64,000 nt of DNA, from positions 7,209,615 through 7,273,614 of the forward strand of contig NC_068991.1 in the NCBI RefSeq assembly GCF_001194135.2. The letters are read 5' to 3'. Under the pieces are notes generated by a model. That model was not told the DNA's origin and searched no databases. It was given only the letters and a program-made list of their open reading frames with translations. The position numbers and the translations under genes were made by a program. Shown here piece by piece: positions 14,374-28,450 of the stretch; position 1 is the stretch's first letter; every line of letters starts with the position of its first letter. This stretch comes from Octopus bimaculoides. Its lineage: Eukaryota.

Positions 14374-14733
14374 AGTTGTGGATGATGCCAGTGCCACCTG
14401 AGTGGCTCCCTGTGCTAGTGGCAGGTAAAAAGCACCGTCTGAATGTGGTCAATGCTAGCCCCTTCACCTCGACTGGCACCTGTGCCGGTGGCATGTTAAA
14501 AGCACCAGCCGAACATGGTCGATGCCAGCCCCCTCTGGCCCGCGCTGGTAGCATGTAAAAAGCACCTACTACACTCTCAGAGTGGTTGACGTTAGGAAGG
14601 GCATCCAGCTGTAGAAACACTGCCAGATCAGATTGGAGCCTGGTGTAGCCTTCTGGCTTCCCAGACCCCAGTCGAACCATCCAACCCATGCTAGCATGGA
14701 AAATGGACGTTAAACGATGATGATGATGATGAT
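14374..14733 (+). mobile_element. RTE-tailed SINE-like family A with internal tandem units
   Basis: ttaggaagggcatccagctgtagaaac ... catgctagcatggaaaatggacgttaaac(gat)n; three AAAAGCACC-containing units upstream. Confidence 0.85.
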
Positions 14734-15529
14734 CTTTAGTATGTTTATTTCTTCAAATGAGAGTTTTATGCTCAATAGTTTTGAATATTTAACAGTTTTT
14801 GTCAAGGTTATTTTCTACTGTTCCTAATTCCTGTTAGTGGCATTTGTAGATTCTCATAGTTTTACATCATCCTAACAGGATGGCTAAATACAGTTTACAA
14901 AAACCAAAAACAAAACAACATGAGATCGGACCATTTCACCTATTAATAATATACAACAGAATTTCAAACATAAAACTTTTAATAGCAAATTAACAACAAT
15001 ACCGTCTGAATGCTGTATATCTAGCTATTAGAACTAATTACGTAAATTGTAGATTTTTATAAAGACTTATTAATATTATTCAAATTAATATTTTACTGTC
15101 TCATTTACTATAAACAGTTCCATATCACAGGTTCATAAGTTGTTGAACAGCATAGAACTTTATTGTCCAACGTAACAAGCAGAGATAATAGATGACAACT
15201 TGTATGACTGTTTCCAAGCATACAAGTTTGAACTTTGTGATGCAGTAAAAAATGTTTAATCTTTGTTTTAGTAATATATTACTTAGTGTTAATACATTTT
15301 GTGGACTGTCATTTAATTTAGGAGTTCTCTATTATTATTTTTATCATTTGTTTCAGTCATTTGACTGTGGCCATGCTGGAGCACCGCCTTTAGGCGAACA
15401 AATCTTTGTAAGCTTAGTACTTATTCTATAGGTCTCTTTTGCCAAACCGCTAAGTATTTTAACAATTCAGCACTATTGATGGAATAAAAACTAATCTTTC
15501 TTCCAACTAATAATCCTGTATTCTCTAAA

Positions 15530-15720
15530 CACAAGGCCTGAAATTTTGCAGAGGGGAAAACTGATTACATCAACTTCAGTGCTCAACTGGTACTTATTTT
15601 ATCAACCCCAAAAGGATGAAAGGCAAAGCTGACCTTGGCAGAATTTGAACTCAGAACATAAAGCCAGAAGCTATGTTGTGAGGTATTTTGTCCAGCATGT
15701 TAACAATTCTGCCAGCTTGT
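15530..15720 (-). mobile_element. SINE family D: tRNA head plus Meta/MESC-like central domain (also 20445-20770 plus, 43955-44141 minus, 56215-56400 plus, 61345-61510 minus)
   Basis: gagttcaaattc B box followed by gcctttcatccttttggggttgataaaataagtacc; domain name assigned from memory of published SINE core domains. Confidence 0.65.
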
Positions 15721-15928
15721 TACCTTTAAGAGGCTAATAATACTCTATCCATTTTATTATTAGGACATTTTTAACATTATTTGAACCTTTAAACTGAGTA
15801 TAAGTAAGAACAGAAACAACATTGAAGATTATATTTTTAATTCTTTTTCTAAATTTTTGCTATAGATACTTATTATTAAGATGTTTTCTTTTCCCATAAC
15901 CAGCCATAAAACCAAACTCATTACTTAC

Positions 15929-16129
15929 TTTATAATTACCCATATCTGTAGGGGTAATATGTGCAGGATCGACAATGGGTCGCCGCCGTTCTCCTGGACC
16001 AATAATCCCTTGCCATTGTGAAGGTAAACCAATGTAACGTCCTTGCTCTTGGTCAAAGCCAGTGTGTACTCGATGTTCAAAGTTCAGAGGATTCGAGATC
16101 TCTGGCTTTTTTGACTTCTTTTTAAACAT
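15929..16129 (-). CDS. PAK4: Group II PAK kinase, first coding exon (basic N-terminus, CRIB/GBD, pseudosubstrate)
   Basis: Translates MFKKKSKKPEISNPLNFEHRVHTGFDQEQGRYIGLPSQWQGIIGPGERRRPIVDPAHITPTDMGNYK. ISxPxxFxHxxHxGFD CRIB directly after the N-terminus is the group II PAK/mbt architecture. Acceptor tttctttcag (AG at 16141-16140) gives a 10-nt UTR; donor AAA|gtaagt at 15928; phase 0. Confidence 0.96.
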
Positions 16130-17727
16130 CTGGACTCTTCTGAAAGAAAAATATTTTCAAACATATAGCATGTTCCTTAATGTTCAAACAGCACCTTTTT
16201 TTGTCTTAAAATGACAATTATAAGTAAGTATTAATTATAAGTAAGTGATGGTTAAAAATAGATCATGTAATGAAATATTAACCAGGTAATATTCATGACA
16301 GTAAATTATATTAATTTAATATTAGAATAATTATGATAATGACCATGCATACACATGCACGAAACAAAAACAAAAAAACCCTACTAAATTGAATACATAA
16401 GACATATTTAGTTTTTTGTTTTTCTTTCTCCTCAAAACTGTGCCACAGTGTCATCTTAGAATTCTATGCGGTATTTATTATGTATAAACAAGAGAGCATG
16501 GATTTTCAGCTACATTGCAGCTGAAGACTAACTAGTACAGGTCAAAATGGCAAAGCAGTGATTACTGATCTCATGCTCTTAGAATTTTAAACTAAACATT
16601 ACTTAACAGCAAGACTAAATATGCTTTCATACCAAATTTAATGCCAGAGGGTTATTTTAAACAAACGTCTGTTAAAATGAAAACTAAGAAATTTAAAAAA
16701 AAAAAAAGAAAAAGGTTTAAAATGGCTGAGGAATTTAAACAATGTGACATCTAATCCTGTTTTGACAGGTTAACATTTTTTAAAACTTTTTTTTATAGCA
16801 AAACTTCAAAGATTTGCTGTTAAGTTTAGAGTCCAATTTTTACCTTTTACAACACTGGAATTCCTGAAATAGATACCAGTAATATACAGAGCTTGTGGGA
16901 GTGTTGGGCTCATGGTTGTAAGATTGTGGTTTCAATTACTGGACGATTAGGAATGTGTTGTGTTCTTGATCAAAACACTTCATTTCATGTGACTCCAGTT
17001 CACTCAGCTGGCAAAAAGGAGTGATCCGGTGATAGACTGGCAGCCTGTCCAGGGAGTGGCGGGATATATATGCCAGAGAAACAAGAAAACTGATCCTACG
17101 CTTCTTATGGAGAAATGTAGACTAACCAATACACAGAGTTTAGACAAAAATAATTGTTTATTTCTTCTTAAAAATGTCTTGATGCCTAATGAAAAAGTAC
17201 TATTAATTGGCATGTGAAGTAGGGGAGTGGATAAAATGCTAGTCAACATTTCTCCAACTAACACTGGAAAAGACAGATCCTGAAAGCATTTTGTCTTTGC
17301 AAGATTCTTGATGTGAACTTGTGTGTTGAAACATTTTGTCGTATTTCAGGAAGGTAATTCTGCCCATAACAAACACACACATTGGTTATATTTCACTTCT
17401 TCATTATTTATTTGTTAATTGATTAACTATTTAACCAATTAACTAACCAACTGTTTGATTAATCATTCAGTCAATTACACCATCAGGTTTGTCTAATTCC
17501 TTTTGTTGTCGTTTGCAACTTCATCAATGACAGACCCTCTCTATTCCAGGTCTGATTCAAGTCTGTCTGTCAGTCTCTTAGTTTGCAGATTCTATATTTA
17601 TATTGTTGTATGGATGTGAAAGAGAATGTGAGGAGAGAGAGAGAGAATTTGATCCCTTGAACATTTACAATAAATTCCTGATTCTGCTTCAAGTTACCTC
17701 ACAACATTTAACCTTCATTTAATTTAA

Positions 17728-17898
17728 CCCTTTTGATACCAACTCACCTGAAACTACCCTAACTTTAGCCTATTAAGTCATTTTACTGCTTATATGCAAA
17801 CATTTTAAATTTATGTTACAATAATGGAAAAAAAGTAATTTCAAAACCAACTGAAACATACACAAATATATTTTGTTAGAAATATGGTCATGAAAGGG
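17728..17898. mobile_element. piggyBac-type MITE, family 1, internally deleted/degenerate copy
   Basis: TTAA-CCCTTTTGATACCAAC start as in 232-453; ends GAAAGGG-CTAA. Confidence 0.6.
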
Positions 17899-18399
17899 CT
17901 AAATTCACCCCTGTCCACTTTGGTTGGGTTTTAAACTGTCTATGAATTTTAATTTCTCTTCCTCAGTCTTGTTATGAATCCAGAGCAAAACTATTGCCTT
18001 AGCTATTAGTTTTATATGAATGAAACTTTCCGTTGTTTAATCTTTAATGGTAAATGAGAATGTTTTTTTTTGTTTTTTTTTGACAAGAGTCATTGAGAAT
18101 AACATGACTGATTTAATTAGTTAATTCCACAATGCTATTGCTATTAATGCCAAATTTTAAAGCCTACAACTGTCCTTGACAGAATGATGATTTCCTTTAC
18201 TTTTAGTCTGTTTTTATTGCCTTCTCAACTAACTTGTATCACGTTTGTAACAGTAGTCTGTTTTCAATTCAAGCTGCTAATTAAATGACAGATCATTAGA
18301 ATAAGGGCTTTATGCATCTTTATACTTTGGTTTGTAGTAAAGGCACCCAAAACATTACACACATGTATTTAGATATCAATGTCATAACATTCACCTTAA

Positions 18400-18617
18400 C
18401 CCTTTCGTTACCAATCTGGCTGAAACCAGTTTTGGCTCTGAGTACAAATGTCTTGTTTTCATGTTTTGAATTAAAATCTTCCACCAAACCTTAGTCACAA
18501 TTTATGTTCCTAACATTAGCTTAGTGATAATTAAGTTATTTTACTAAATTCTTTGTTATATTTAAAGTAACTGAAAGAAACACAGAGCATCTCAACAGAA
18601 ATACAGTAACAAAAGGG
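18400..18617. mobile_element. piggyBac-type MITE, family 1 (second copy)
   Basis: TTAA flanks (18396-18399, 18618-18621), CCCTTTCGTTAC / GTAACAAAAGGG; internal sequence closely matches 232-453. Confidence 0.85.
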
Positions 18618-21600
18618 TTAAACATCAAACAACTTTTATCTTCTTGTAAAGATTGTGGTATTGTACATGCATTTGATAATGTTTATTTTCCTGTTTCTTT
18701 CCTAAACTGTTTATAACAATCATGTTATAAGTTGAATGGCAAACTTGGGGCATGATATACAATAAATTGATTTACTTTTAGTATTATCTAAAAATTGAGT
18801 CACTTCTTTTAGCTTCCACACACTTCCCTCAAATTGCTATCGTCTGCTTACCTTTTTTTCATTTCAATTTGAATGATGAAAAAACAAATCCTTCATCAAA
18901 CATACCTTTTATATATCTCGTTTCTTGTTCATAATAAATTATCATTTTAAATGTTAATTCCTTTATTAGTTTCACTCATTGGACAACAGCCATACTGGGG
19001 AGCTGCCTTGAGGCAAAGTTGACTTTGGCAGGATTTGAACTCGGGGAACAGAAAGCCAGAATAATTACCACAAAACAATCTGATGCTCTTACAGCTGAGT
19101 TTAATAACTACACAAGAGATATTCATAAAGTTAAGAATCTTGGAGATCTTTCAAATTATTTACTGTCTAAAAAGTTTGAGTCACCAAACCAAATTTGTAG
19201 CCAGGCATTCTTGCAGTATCTGTTGCAACACTTTACAAATTGTTCCTCCATAAATAATATCTTAAGTTAGATAAATCTTCCTTCATTTAAAGCAGTCAAT
19301 ATAAATATCTCAAGATAAAAATTAAAAATAGAAAATTCTATTTCGATACAATAATTACTTTAGAATGCATTCTGTAAAATAATTATATATATATTTACTT
19401 ATTCTAAGGTGGAAAACAAAAACTGTATTGTAATGTCTGATTATATTACTAAAATAAATCTGCAATATAATAATGAAAAAAAAAAGCTTTATTTATTTAT
19501 TTTTTTTACTCTTTTACTTGTTTCAGTTGTCTGACTGTGGCCATGCTGGAGCACCACCTTAATAACTACATATTTTTCTCATATAAATCATTACATAACT
19601 GGAAAAGGATGTAAATATTTTTCTATATTGTTATATAAAACACCTGAAAGATCAGAAGTATTTAGAAATGTTTGTTGAAACACCCATTTAGAAAGGAAAA
19701 AGGGAATATCTCACAATACTAAGACCAAAGGGAAAGGTATAAATGCAACAACTTTACACTGATATTCCAATGGCTAAACCTAAGGATTTATAACTAAACT
19801 ACATTAGTAAAGTAAATACGCTGCACAATATTATATTTTATATGGATTGAACCACTCTTTAAACAAATAAATTGTCATTGATTATGTATTGTATTGTATA
19901 TCTTGATCAAATGTATCATTCTTTTGTTTGTTCAGGGATCAAAGATAAATGTTCATAGTTTTCTTAGACCCCCCAAAAAAACAAAAAAATTTTTTAATGA
20001 ATCTCTTTGTAATTATGAAATTACTGTTATTCCATATAATGAAAATACTGATTATTGCAAGATAAAAGCCTAACCTACAAACATATGTATTTGTTTGTAA
20101 ACTAAACAGTATTTAGATACTTCCTCGGAGGAGAAGGCACCTAATAATGTTATGATGCCAGGTTATGTATGTAATGCATCTGCAAAAAGAAAACATTTTA
20201 TCACAAAAAGAAAACAAAACAACAAAAACACAGCCACTTATACACATTAATACGCAGATAATTTCCAAGTAGATGATGGCTTTTATATCAAAATAGATGT
20301 CTATAAATACCGACTTTGTAATTTAATCAAATATGTTTACTGCAGTGCCAAGACAACAAATATATATTTGTAAGAATTACATTTTTATCAGTTGCAGGAT
20401 AGAAAATTTGGATGTATTTTTATTACCATTATTATTATAATTATTAGTATGGTAGTGGGTTCACAGAATCATTTGTGTGTTGGAAAAATTGCTTTGTGAT
20501 ATTTGTTCCTGGTTTTTACATTGTAAGTTCAAATTCCTTAGAGGCCAACTTTACTTTCATCCCTTTGGGGCTGGTAAAATGAACTACCTGTTAAGCACTG
20601 GGGTTGACTTAATCAGCTATATAACCCTCCCTCAGAATTTCAAACCTTGTGCCTATGTTAGACAATTAAAGGTGATAGAATGGTAGAATCATTAGAATGC
20701 CAGGCAATATTTTAACCAGCACTTTACATTCCAAGTTCAAATTCCACCTTTCATCCTTTCCAGTGGGACCAATATGTCAACAACCTCCAGTGAGACAATA
20801 AGGGTCATTACAAAGTAGCTCAAGGTAAGATTCTATCTGGAAAGTTTCATATAAACAAGTGACTCCCAACATCATGTGACCTCCTAGCTCTCCTGATTTG
20901 AAACTCCTGGACTATTGCACTTAGGATGCCAGGATTGTACTATGTGTCCTGATTTTTAATATGGTAAAGTATATTTTGTATAGAATTTAACAGCTATCTC
21001 TAACATGCTGAGCGCTCATATGGAAGCACCTTCAATTAGATTGATATTTTGGAACAGCCACAGGTTACATACATACATAGTATGTATATATATTTATATA
21101 AGAAAACTAAAAGGAAAACAGTAAGTACTAATTAATGAAATTAAATAAATGTCTTAAGTAGTTTTCAATGAAGGAATTCCACTATGATTACAAATGAAGA
21201 ACTGTAAATCACTAACTCTTGGTTGATGGTAATTTTTTTTAAAATATCAAGGCTGCAGAAACAATAAAAATATATGCAAAAGCTTATCAGTTTCAAATTT
21301 ATTTTGCATCAATTTTAAAGTAAAGACAAAAATATCATGAGACCAGTTATAAAGTATTGTTCAAACAAGCTGAGCATTACGAATTTAACTAACAGCTAAA
21401 ATTTTTGAAGTAAGCGATATTAAAATATTCTATGTGACAATTTGTAAAAATGAAAAAATAAGAGCAATATGCTTCTATGATAGGGTTCAATCTTAATCAC
21501 TATCATCACAAAGTTTGAATTAGATCCTGGACCTCTCCTTATGTTGGACATTAATTGCAGAATGCTTGTCTAAGAGCTAAATATCTGATAAAATAATCTA

Positions 21601-22784
21601 TCATGGTAAAATAACAAAAACACTTTATAGTACCTAATTCCTAATTTGAGAAGATGTTACAAGTCACTCAACATGCGCTAGATTAGAAACATGGTTTGTG
21701 TCACATCAGTTGACTGCTTGCTGCTATTTTCTGTTACAAATAGGTACTTTTAATGTCAAATGTGTAACTGAGAGCTACCTGGTATCATAGTTAATAGCTT
21801 GCCTATACACCTTGATTTCAATATCAAAGATTGGCAGAAATAGTAGCACAGAAGACTAAATGCTTTACTGTATTTAATTTGTTTCCCTTTCCAAAAGTGT
21901 TAGTTACATTTGAATAGCTTCTTTCAGTTTGCCAGTTGAAAATGGTAGGCGTAGGGGGGGGGGGGCATCTTTAAACTTTAAAAAAAAAAAACCTCATGGG
22001 ACATTAAGGATAATTAGTGGTAGTAAATGCAAAACTGTTAGTGTTTAGTCAGTGGAGGAAAAATTTGAGCAGGAAAAGAGTTCCACAGTATCTTGGGATT
22101 AGTGAGACAGCATGGGTAATAAGTAGATATATCGAATAGCTTCATCTTGGGATGGTGTAAAGTTAAACTATATAGCAGAAAAAAAGCAAATGAACAGAGC
22201 ATGATGGTTGGTGACTCAAGTGAGTTGGGCAGGGAGTGAAGTTTTGTTTATCAAGTGAATGGCTTCTTGGATACGATCCAGAGTGTTATCCATGTTTGTG
22301 TAGGCATAGTAAATATACATCATATTTACACCATACATATGTCATATCTTTGCTTCATAAACAGATAGTCTTTCAATGATGATACTTGAAAATACTGAAA
22401 TCTTCCAAAACTTATTACCAGATATGTTTTTTTTTCTTTTTGTTCTTTTTCTTATCTAAATATAAAATATATAGAAGAATTTCTTGTTCATCTGATGCTA
22501 AAATATTCAAGGAATACAAATAACAGCAACATATGTTTTGCTGTAAATGAATAACAAAAATATTGTTGATATGACATTATCTGAAGAATAGAAGAATAAC
22601 AAACCAGTGAGGGAGCTTCAACATGGTTGCTCAACCTGTTAGAAATAACAGCCCAATCTCCTCCAAATCACACCAAACATTTTAAAAATTAAAGAACACA
22701 TTGAATAATGATGTCTAAAGTTCACTGTCTAACAAAAGTGCTTAAATGGAAATGTCTTTGGTTAGGCTGTTTTATTGTGATCGT

Positions 22785-23110
22785 GAAGGTGCATGGCTTA
22801 GTGGTTAGGGCATTCGGCTCACGATCGTAAGGTTGTGAGTTCAATTCCCGGTGACGTGTTGTGTCCTTGAGCAAGACACTTTATTTCACACAGCTCCAGT
22901 CCACTCAGCTGGCAAAAATGAGTAGTACCTGTATTTCAAAGGGCCGGCCTTGTCACACTATATATCACGTTGAGTCTCCCTGAGAACTACGTTAGGGGTA
23001 CATGTGTCTGTGGATTGCTCAGTCACTTGCACATTAATATCATGAGCAGGCTGTTCCGTTGATCGTATCAGCTGGGACCCTTGTCATCGTAACCGACGGA
23101 GTGCTCCTTA
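22785..23110 (+). mobile_element. SINE family E, near full length (related copies 16895-17075, 45920-46175 plus; 39745-39870, 32385-32700 minus)
   Basis: tggcttagtggttaggg A box, gagttcaattccc B box, gtgtccttgagcaagacact core. Confidence 0.8.
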
Positions 23111-26100
23111 TTGTGATCTTTGGGCTAAAAGAAAAAGCAATACTAAACTGTATTTGGAAGAAAGGGTCTGAGTTTAAAAAAAAACAACTGTACATGTTTA
23201 AATCATAATAGTTATTAAACAAACAGTTAGGGCCTTGTGAAAACTTGATGATGATAATAAGAGAGCTTGCTTAAAATGTCAGAAATGTATAGAATGTAAC
23301 TCAATAATCTGCAGACAATACAATTAATGAAAAGAAAGAAAGAAAGAAAAAAAGTGGTATTTCAGATAATTTGACAAGACAACATTTCTGAAGTAACATA
23401 TTACAGTCCTTGCAGAGGTTTATCTAAAGCATAAACTCGGTCAGCAGTTTTCAAACTGACACATATCAGCCCCACCTCTCATATTAGCGAAATATTTTTA
23501 CTCCACCCTCCTCTTTATTAAAGAAAAGAGAAAACAGAGTTTGCATCAATGCTTTTTTATTCTTTGCCATACGTTGGACAAGTTTAATAAGTTTAAATGC
23601 CTCAATTTTTATTAAACATGGCAATTTACTAACCCCTTTTTTCAATCCTCACAGCGTCCTCTCCTTACCATTGAGATAGGTAACGTAATTAGTGCTAGTC
23701 GAAGGGTCTGTGGTACTATAGTAATAAGCAAATCAAGTGGAAGCTGTTTAAAAAGTTTTACAGTTTTTAAACATGTTTTTGAATAATGTATGAAAACTGC
23801 TCACCCTGTGGAATATAACAATCAAATATTTTCCCAAACGAATTTGTAATATTTAAAGTATTGAACCGAGTTTCCAATTTTGGAACCAAGGATATAACAA
23901 ATTGATGTTATAATAAATGACCAAAGTTAACCATTTATAAATTAGATACTCAGTTTCTGATTTCTATAATGACCCTATAGTCTTTTAATCAGTTCCTAGT
24001 GCTAAGGCTGAAACATTTGCCTATACCCACCCACCTACATATATATTACACACATATTCTTCAAGTAAAAATCTACTAAACTATGAATATTTCTGGACCT
24101 TAAAATTTGTGTCAGTCCAGGAGATGCAATGTTCCAACACCATCAATGTCCTTTGCAATCACCCTAGATTTACAGATTATATGAATTTATTGATAAGTCT
24201 TATCTCATCTTCCTTTGTAGAATTGTTAAATCACTGTGGTTAATAACAAAACTAGTGACAGTCATTTTAAGTCAATTCAACCTTTATGAATTAAACTGGG
24301 TATTCAGAAACTGTGTGGAAGCCCATTGGCTGTACTGTACCTGTTTTGGGGAAGTAGACTTAACCTGTCACCTGGTTTAATAGCACTATTTGGGTCTCAA
24401 GCAGATTTGACCCTGTTGCATTCTTTGAGACCGGGTCTCCTGAGTAAGGATAATCTACAATTCATGGTTTCTTCCAGTTAGTCTCTTTGACCCCAACACG
24501 TAAAAAAATATCATGAGCACTGCTCTTCTTCCTCTGACTAAGCCATTAAATTTTTTTAAAAATTTAACTACTTAAAGCACAATGTCAACTATTACGGGGA
24601 CACATCTGATTGGATTACTAAACTAAAAAGTACCTACTTCAATTGTAACTGTTTTATTTTAAGTCTGATCTTGCTATCTACCTCTTATGGTTGGCTTTAA
24701 AAATACTATCTTTCTTGAAGACAAATAGACCTAAGATTAAGCTTGTTCTGATAAATTAAATGAACAGTCAGACCATACAGTGTGACACTGCATGAATGTT
24801 TATTTAACGATTTAGAAGCGTAGAGTTTTCTCAGATTTCAGACTTATTCCCCCCTCTCTCTCTAATTGCTATTTATACCTTCAAATTAAATAACTCTAGT
24901 TTCAATTAATTATTGCTTCAGATTTACTGAGGCTAGTAAATAAGATACTAACCATCACTTATTTTTGCGACTATATAATTTATCATTTAATGGAAATTCC
25001 TTCAGTCAGCCATGGAAAAAATCCCTGTTTGGCAGAAGACCACTAAATCAATGCATCGTTTCATTTTGCTTCTTACATATTTCAATGATATTTTATTAGA
25101 AAACACTTTACTTTAAGACTCAAAGCTGAAGGAAGCAATGTTAAAATAGTTTATTTTTTAAGCTAACATTGAAAATATTTTAAAATTTTTATTGTTTTCT
25201 TTGATTTTAAATTTGTTCTGATCCATTCTAATTTTCCTTCTCCAGTAACACAGAATAAAGTGTAATTAAAAATATAGAGACCAGTACCTCAAAACTAGAC
25301 AGTATAAATATTTACATCTGTAGAATAAAAAAAAAGTTTTATTTGAACTACTGTATTTTGTTGTAGCTTTGGAGGGTCATTATGCCAATATGAAACACAT
25401 GCACTGGTTCTATTTTACTTCTTTCTTATTTGTCAATTGGTTCACTATTTAACCAATCAATCGATTGAGTAATAATTCAGTCAATCAACATGATACTGCC
25501 AACCAGTTTTCAACTAAAACTCGGTGATTTTCATGGCTTTTACCATTGTTTCGTTGAAACAGTTAATTAAATGAGATTATACATTTCAGTCTGGTATAGA
25601 AAAGTAGTTAGAGTTTATAATATATGCAGTCACAATTTGTATCCATAGCACTATTCCATAAAACTAAAACAGAAAAAGAGCTCAAGAAAAATACTACAGC
25701 CATTTCACTTCACTGTTTAATACTATTGGAAAAGCATGAATGTCACACAATCTTGTTTCTAGATCTACTAAAATAGTGAGCCTTTGTGCCTAATTAAAAT
25801 AAAACTGTCTCAGGATATGTAGATCAGAATAAGCAAACTCAAAGTTTGTTGGCAACAGAATTTCTAAATAATAAAGGGATATACTATAGAAAAGATGTAG
25901 TTAATGATCCAAGTTCAGAATTCTTTAGATACTGAATGTTTTTATAAGCAAAAATAAACAAAGGTTGAGGATCGCTTATCTTTTTACCCAAGAATAAAGA
26001 ATTCGATTACAATACAAAAGTTTCTATTACTGCATAAACCTATTTTTGAAAGAAAAGTTGTCAGGAACCTGCAACTATTCCAGACAAAAAGAATTAAACA

Positions 26101-26619
26101 ATTGCTTTTATTTTAAACAGTTAATTAGCAAATGAAGCTTCATGTGTAAATCTAAAAACTGTTATCAATAATTGTATTGTATTATTTGTGCTTTATATTC
26201 AATAATAAAAAATAATTTTGTGAATCAATTCGTTTGAAAGTAAAGTACAATTCAATTTAGGCATTTAAGAGCAGCTGTACAAAGGAAAATGAAGCTAAGG
26301 AAACAGACTTAAGATAAATGAAATCTTCATAGAAGAGTTGCAGGTGGAAATGTTGGTAAAATGAGAAAAGACAATCTTGGTAAGACGTGCAGGTGACTGT
26401 GATAATATTTTAAATACTATATTCAATAAACAGAAGAATATAAAAGAATTTTACTCTTTATATTGTGTTACATGAAATATGTATCATGATTAACTTGTAT
26501 AATTATTATCTATACTGATATAACCCAGAAACACTTCCAAATTAAATAAATAATAAAAAGTTATGAAATTAACAACTTGCAATCTCTATTAAGTTCAAAT
26601 TCGTGCTGAAACATCCTCC

Positions 26620-27305
26620 TCATCATTTTTAATGCTTGCTGTTCCCATTCTTGCATGGGTTGGATGAAGTTTATTGGAGCAGATTTTTTACAGCCGGATG
26701 TCCTTCCTGTCATCAATCCTCACCTATCTCCAAACAAGATATTTCCCTATACTCAGACATGTTTTGCAGAATATTGGAAATGAATGACATTAGTTTATAG
26801 CAAACATGCAATGTCAAGATACACACACACACACACACACAATGAGTTTCCTCCAGTTCCTGTCTACCAAATCCATTCACAAGGTTTTGGTTAATCTGGG
26901 GTTATAGTATTAGACACTTAGTGGGAATGAACCTGAAACCAATTGTGGGTGAGTGCGAGTGTTTGTGTGCCTGTGTGTGTGTTTGTGTGCCTGTGTGACA
27001 GTTTCTGCCTGTGTGACTGTTTATGTGCCTGTGTGCATGCGTGTGTGTGTGTGCATGTTTGCATTTCCTTGTCTTGATATCGTATAATAGTTTTCTTTTA
27101 AAGTCAGTGTGTCATACAAGCTGTGCGATTCATTTTTAATATTCCGCAGAAACATATCTTGCCATCGGGAAATATTATCTTGCTTGGAAACAGGCGAGGG
27201 TTAACAACACGAAGGGTATCTGGCTGTAGAAAATCTGGTTCATGCAGACCCACGTTTAAATAGAAAAGTAGAGATGATGATGATGATGAGGAGGAGGAGG
27301 AGGAG
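26620..27305. mobile_element. Two family C copies head-to-head (26620-26948 minus; ~26950-27305 plus); another at 55285-55535 plus
   Basis: caatgtcaagatac / cttgtcttgatatc bodies in opposite orientation, each ending in a (gat)n tail. Confidence 0.7.
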
Positions 27306-27714
27306 GATATATAAATTTGTAATGAAAAAAAAAACTTATTTAAAAAAAACTAACTGAAGAGCAATATACAATAAATCATATAGTGATTCTTCAGTGGCTG
27401 GGTAATAAAACTGATTTAAATGCAAAAATGTTTATGACAATCAAATTAATCTTTTATAACATTTCTCACAAAATACGTTTATACAGTTTAATTAATTTTG
27501 AAAAATAGGAACTCAGAGGGATATAGAAAAGCACCTAATATTTTCCATTATTAAACTGATATTGGAATATAAAAAGTCGATTTAGAATTATGATGGCAAA
27601 TTTTAAATGAAATAGGAACACTTTAACATGAGAAGGGTTTGTGTTGGGGTAGCAGAGAGAGTTTCAGGTAGGTTAATATCTAAAGCTTTGATACACATTT
27701 TAAAGTGGGATACA

Positions 27715-28124
27715 TACTCTTTTTTTACTGGCTTCAGTCATTTCACTGCGGCCATGCTGGAGCACCGCCTTTAGTCGAGCAAATTGACCTCAGGACTTAT
27801 TCTTTGGAAGCCTAGTACTTATTCTATCGGTCTCTTTTGCCGAACTACTAAGTTACGGGGACGTAAACACACCACCATCGGTTGCCAAGCTATGTTGGGA
27901 GGACAAATATAGACACACAAACATATACACACACATACATATATATATATACACATATATACGATGGGCTTCTTTTAGTTTCCATCTACCAAATCCGCTC
28001 ACAAGGCTTTGGTGGGCCCGAGGCTATAGTAGAAGACACTTGCCCAAGGCGCCATGCAGTGGGAATGAAACCGGAACCATGTGGTTGGTAAGCGAGCTAC
28101 TTACCACACAGCCACTCCTACGCC
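27715..28124 (-). mobile_element. tRNA-derived SINE family B (abundant Octopus-type SINE), full length
   Basis: Head GGAGTGGCTGTGTGGTAAG...GGTTTCATTCCC (A and B boxes), CTTGGGCAAG core, internal (TA)/(TG)n, 3' body ending in a TAAAA-rich tail. Confidence 0.85.
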
Positions 28125-28337
28125 ATATGAAATTAAATGAATTAAGAATTACGAAGACATGAAAGTTTATTACTAAAACTTGAGAAAATAATCTTGACAT
28201 TTCCATCAACTGGGATATTAGTAAAACAAATATGTCAAAGGTTTGAATTAACAAATTAGTAATGTTCAAATTTACTAATAGAAATTACTAGTTTAAAACA
28301 AAATGAATGATAAAATACTGCTAATACGATTACTCAC

Positions 28338-28450
28338 TGACGGCTTCTCCCGGCAAGTGGCTCACGTATGAATGGTTCCACCTTAAAGTGTTGACAAACA
28401 CAACAAAATGTGACTTATATATAAAATCACTGCAACGCATGAGCCAATAA
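28338..28450 (-). promoter_or_regulatory. Candidate internal alternative promoter/first exon of PAK
   Basis: CCAAT at 28444-28448, TATATATAAG on minus (28414-28423), local CpGs, then donor GTCA|gtgagta at 28337. Confidence 0.35.

Noticed and set aside
22785-22860. tRNA gene
   Set aside because: A/B boxes are present but run directly into a SINE core and body, with no proper acceptor stem.
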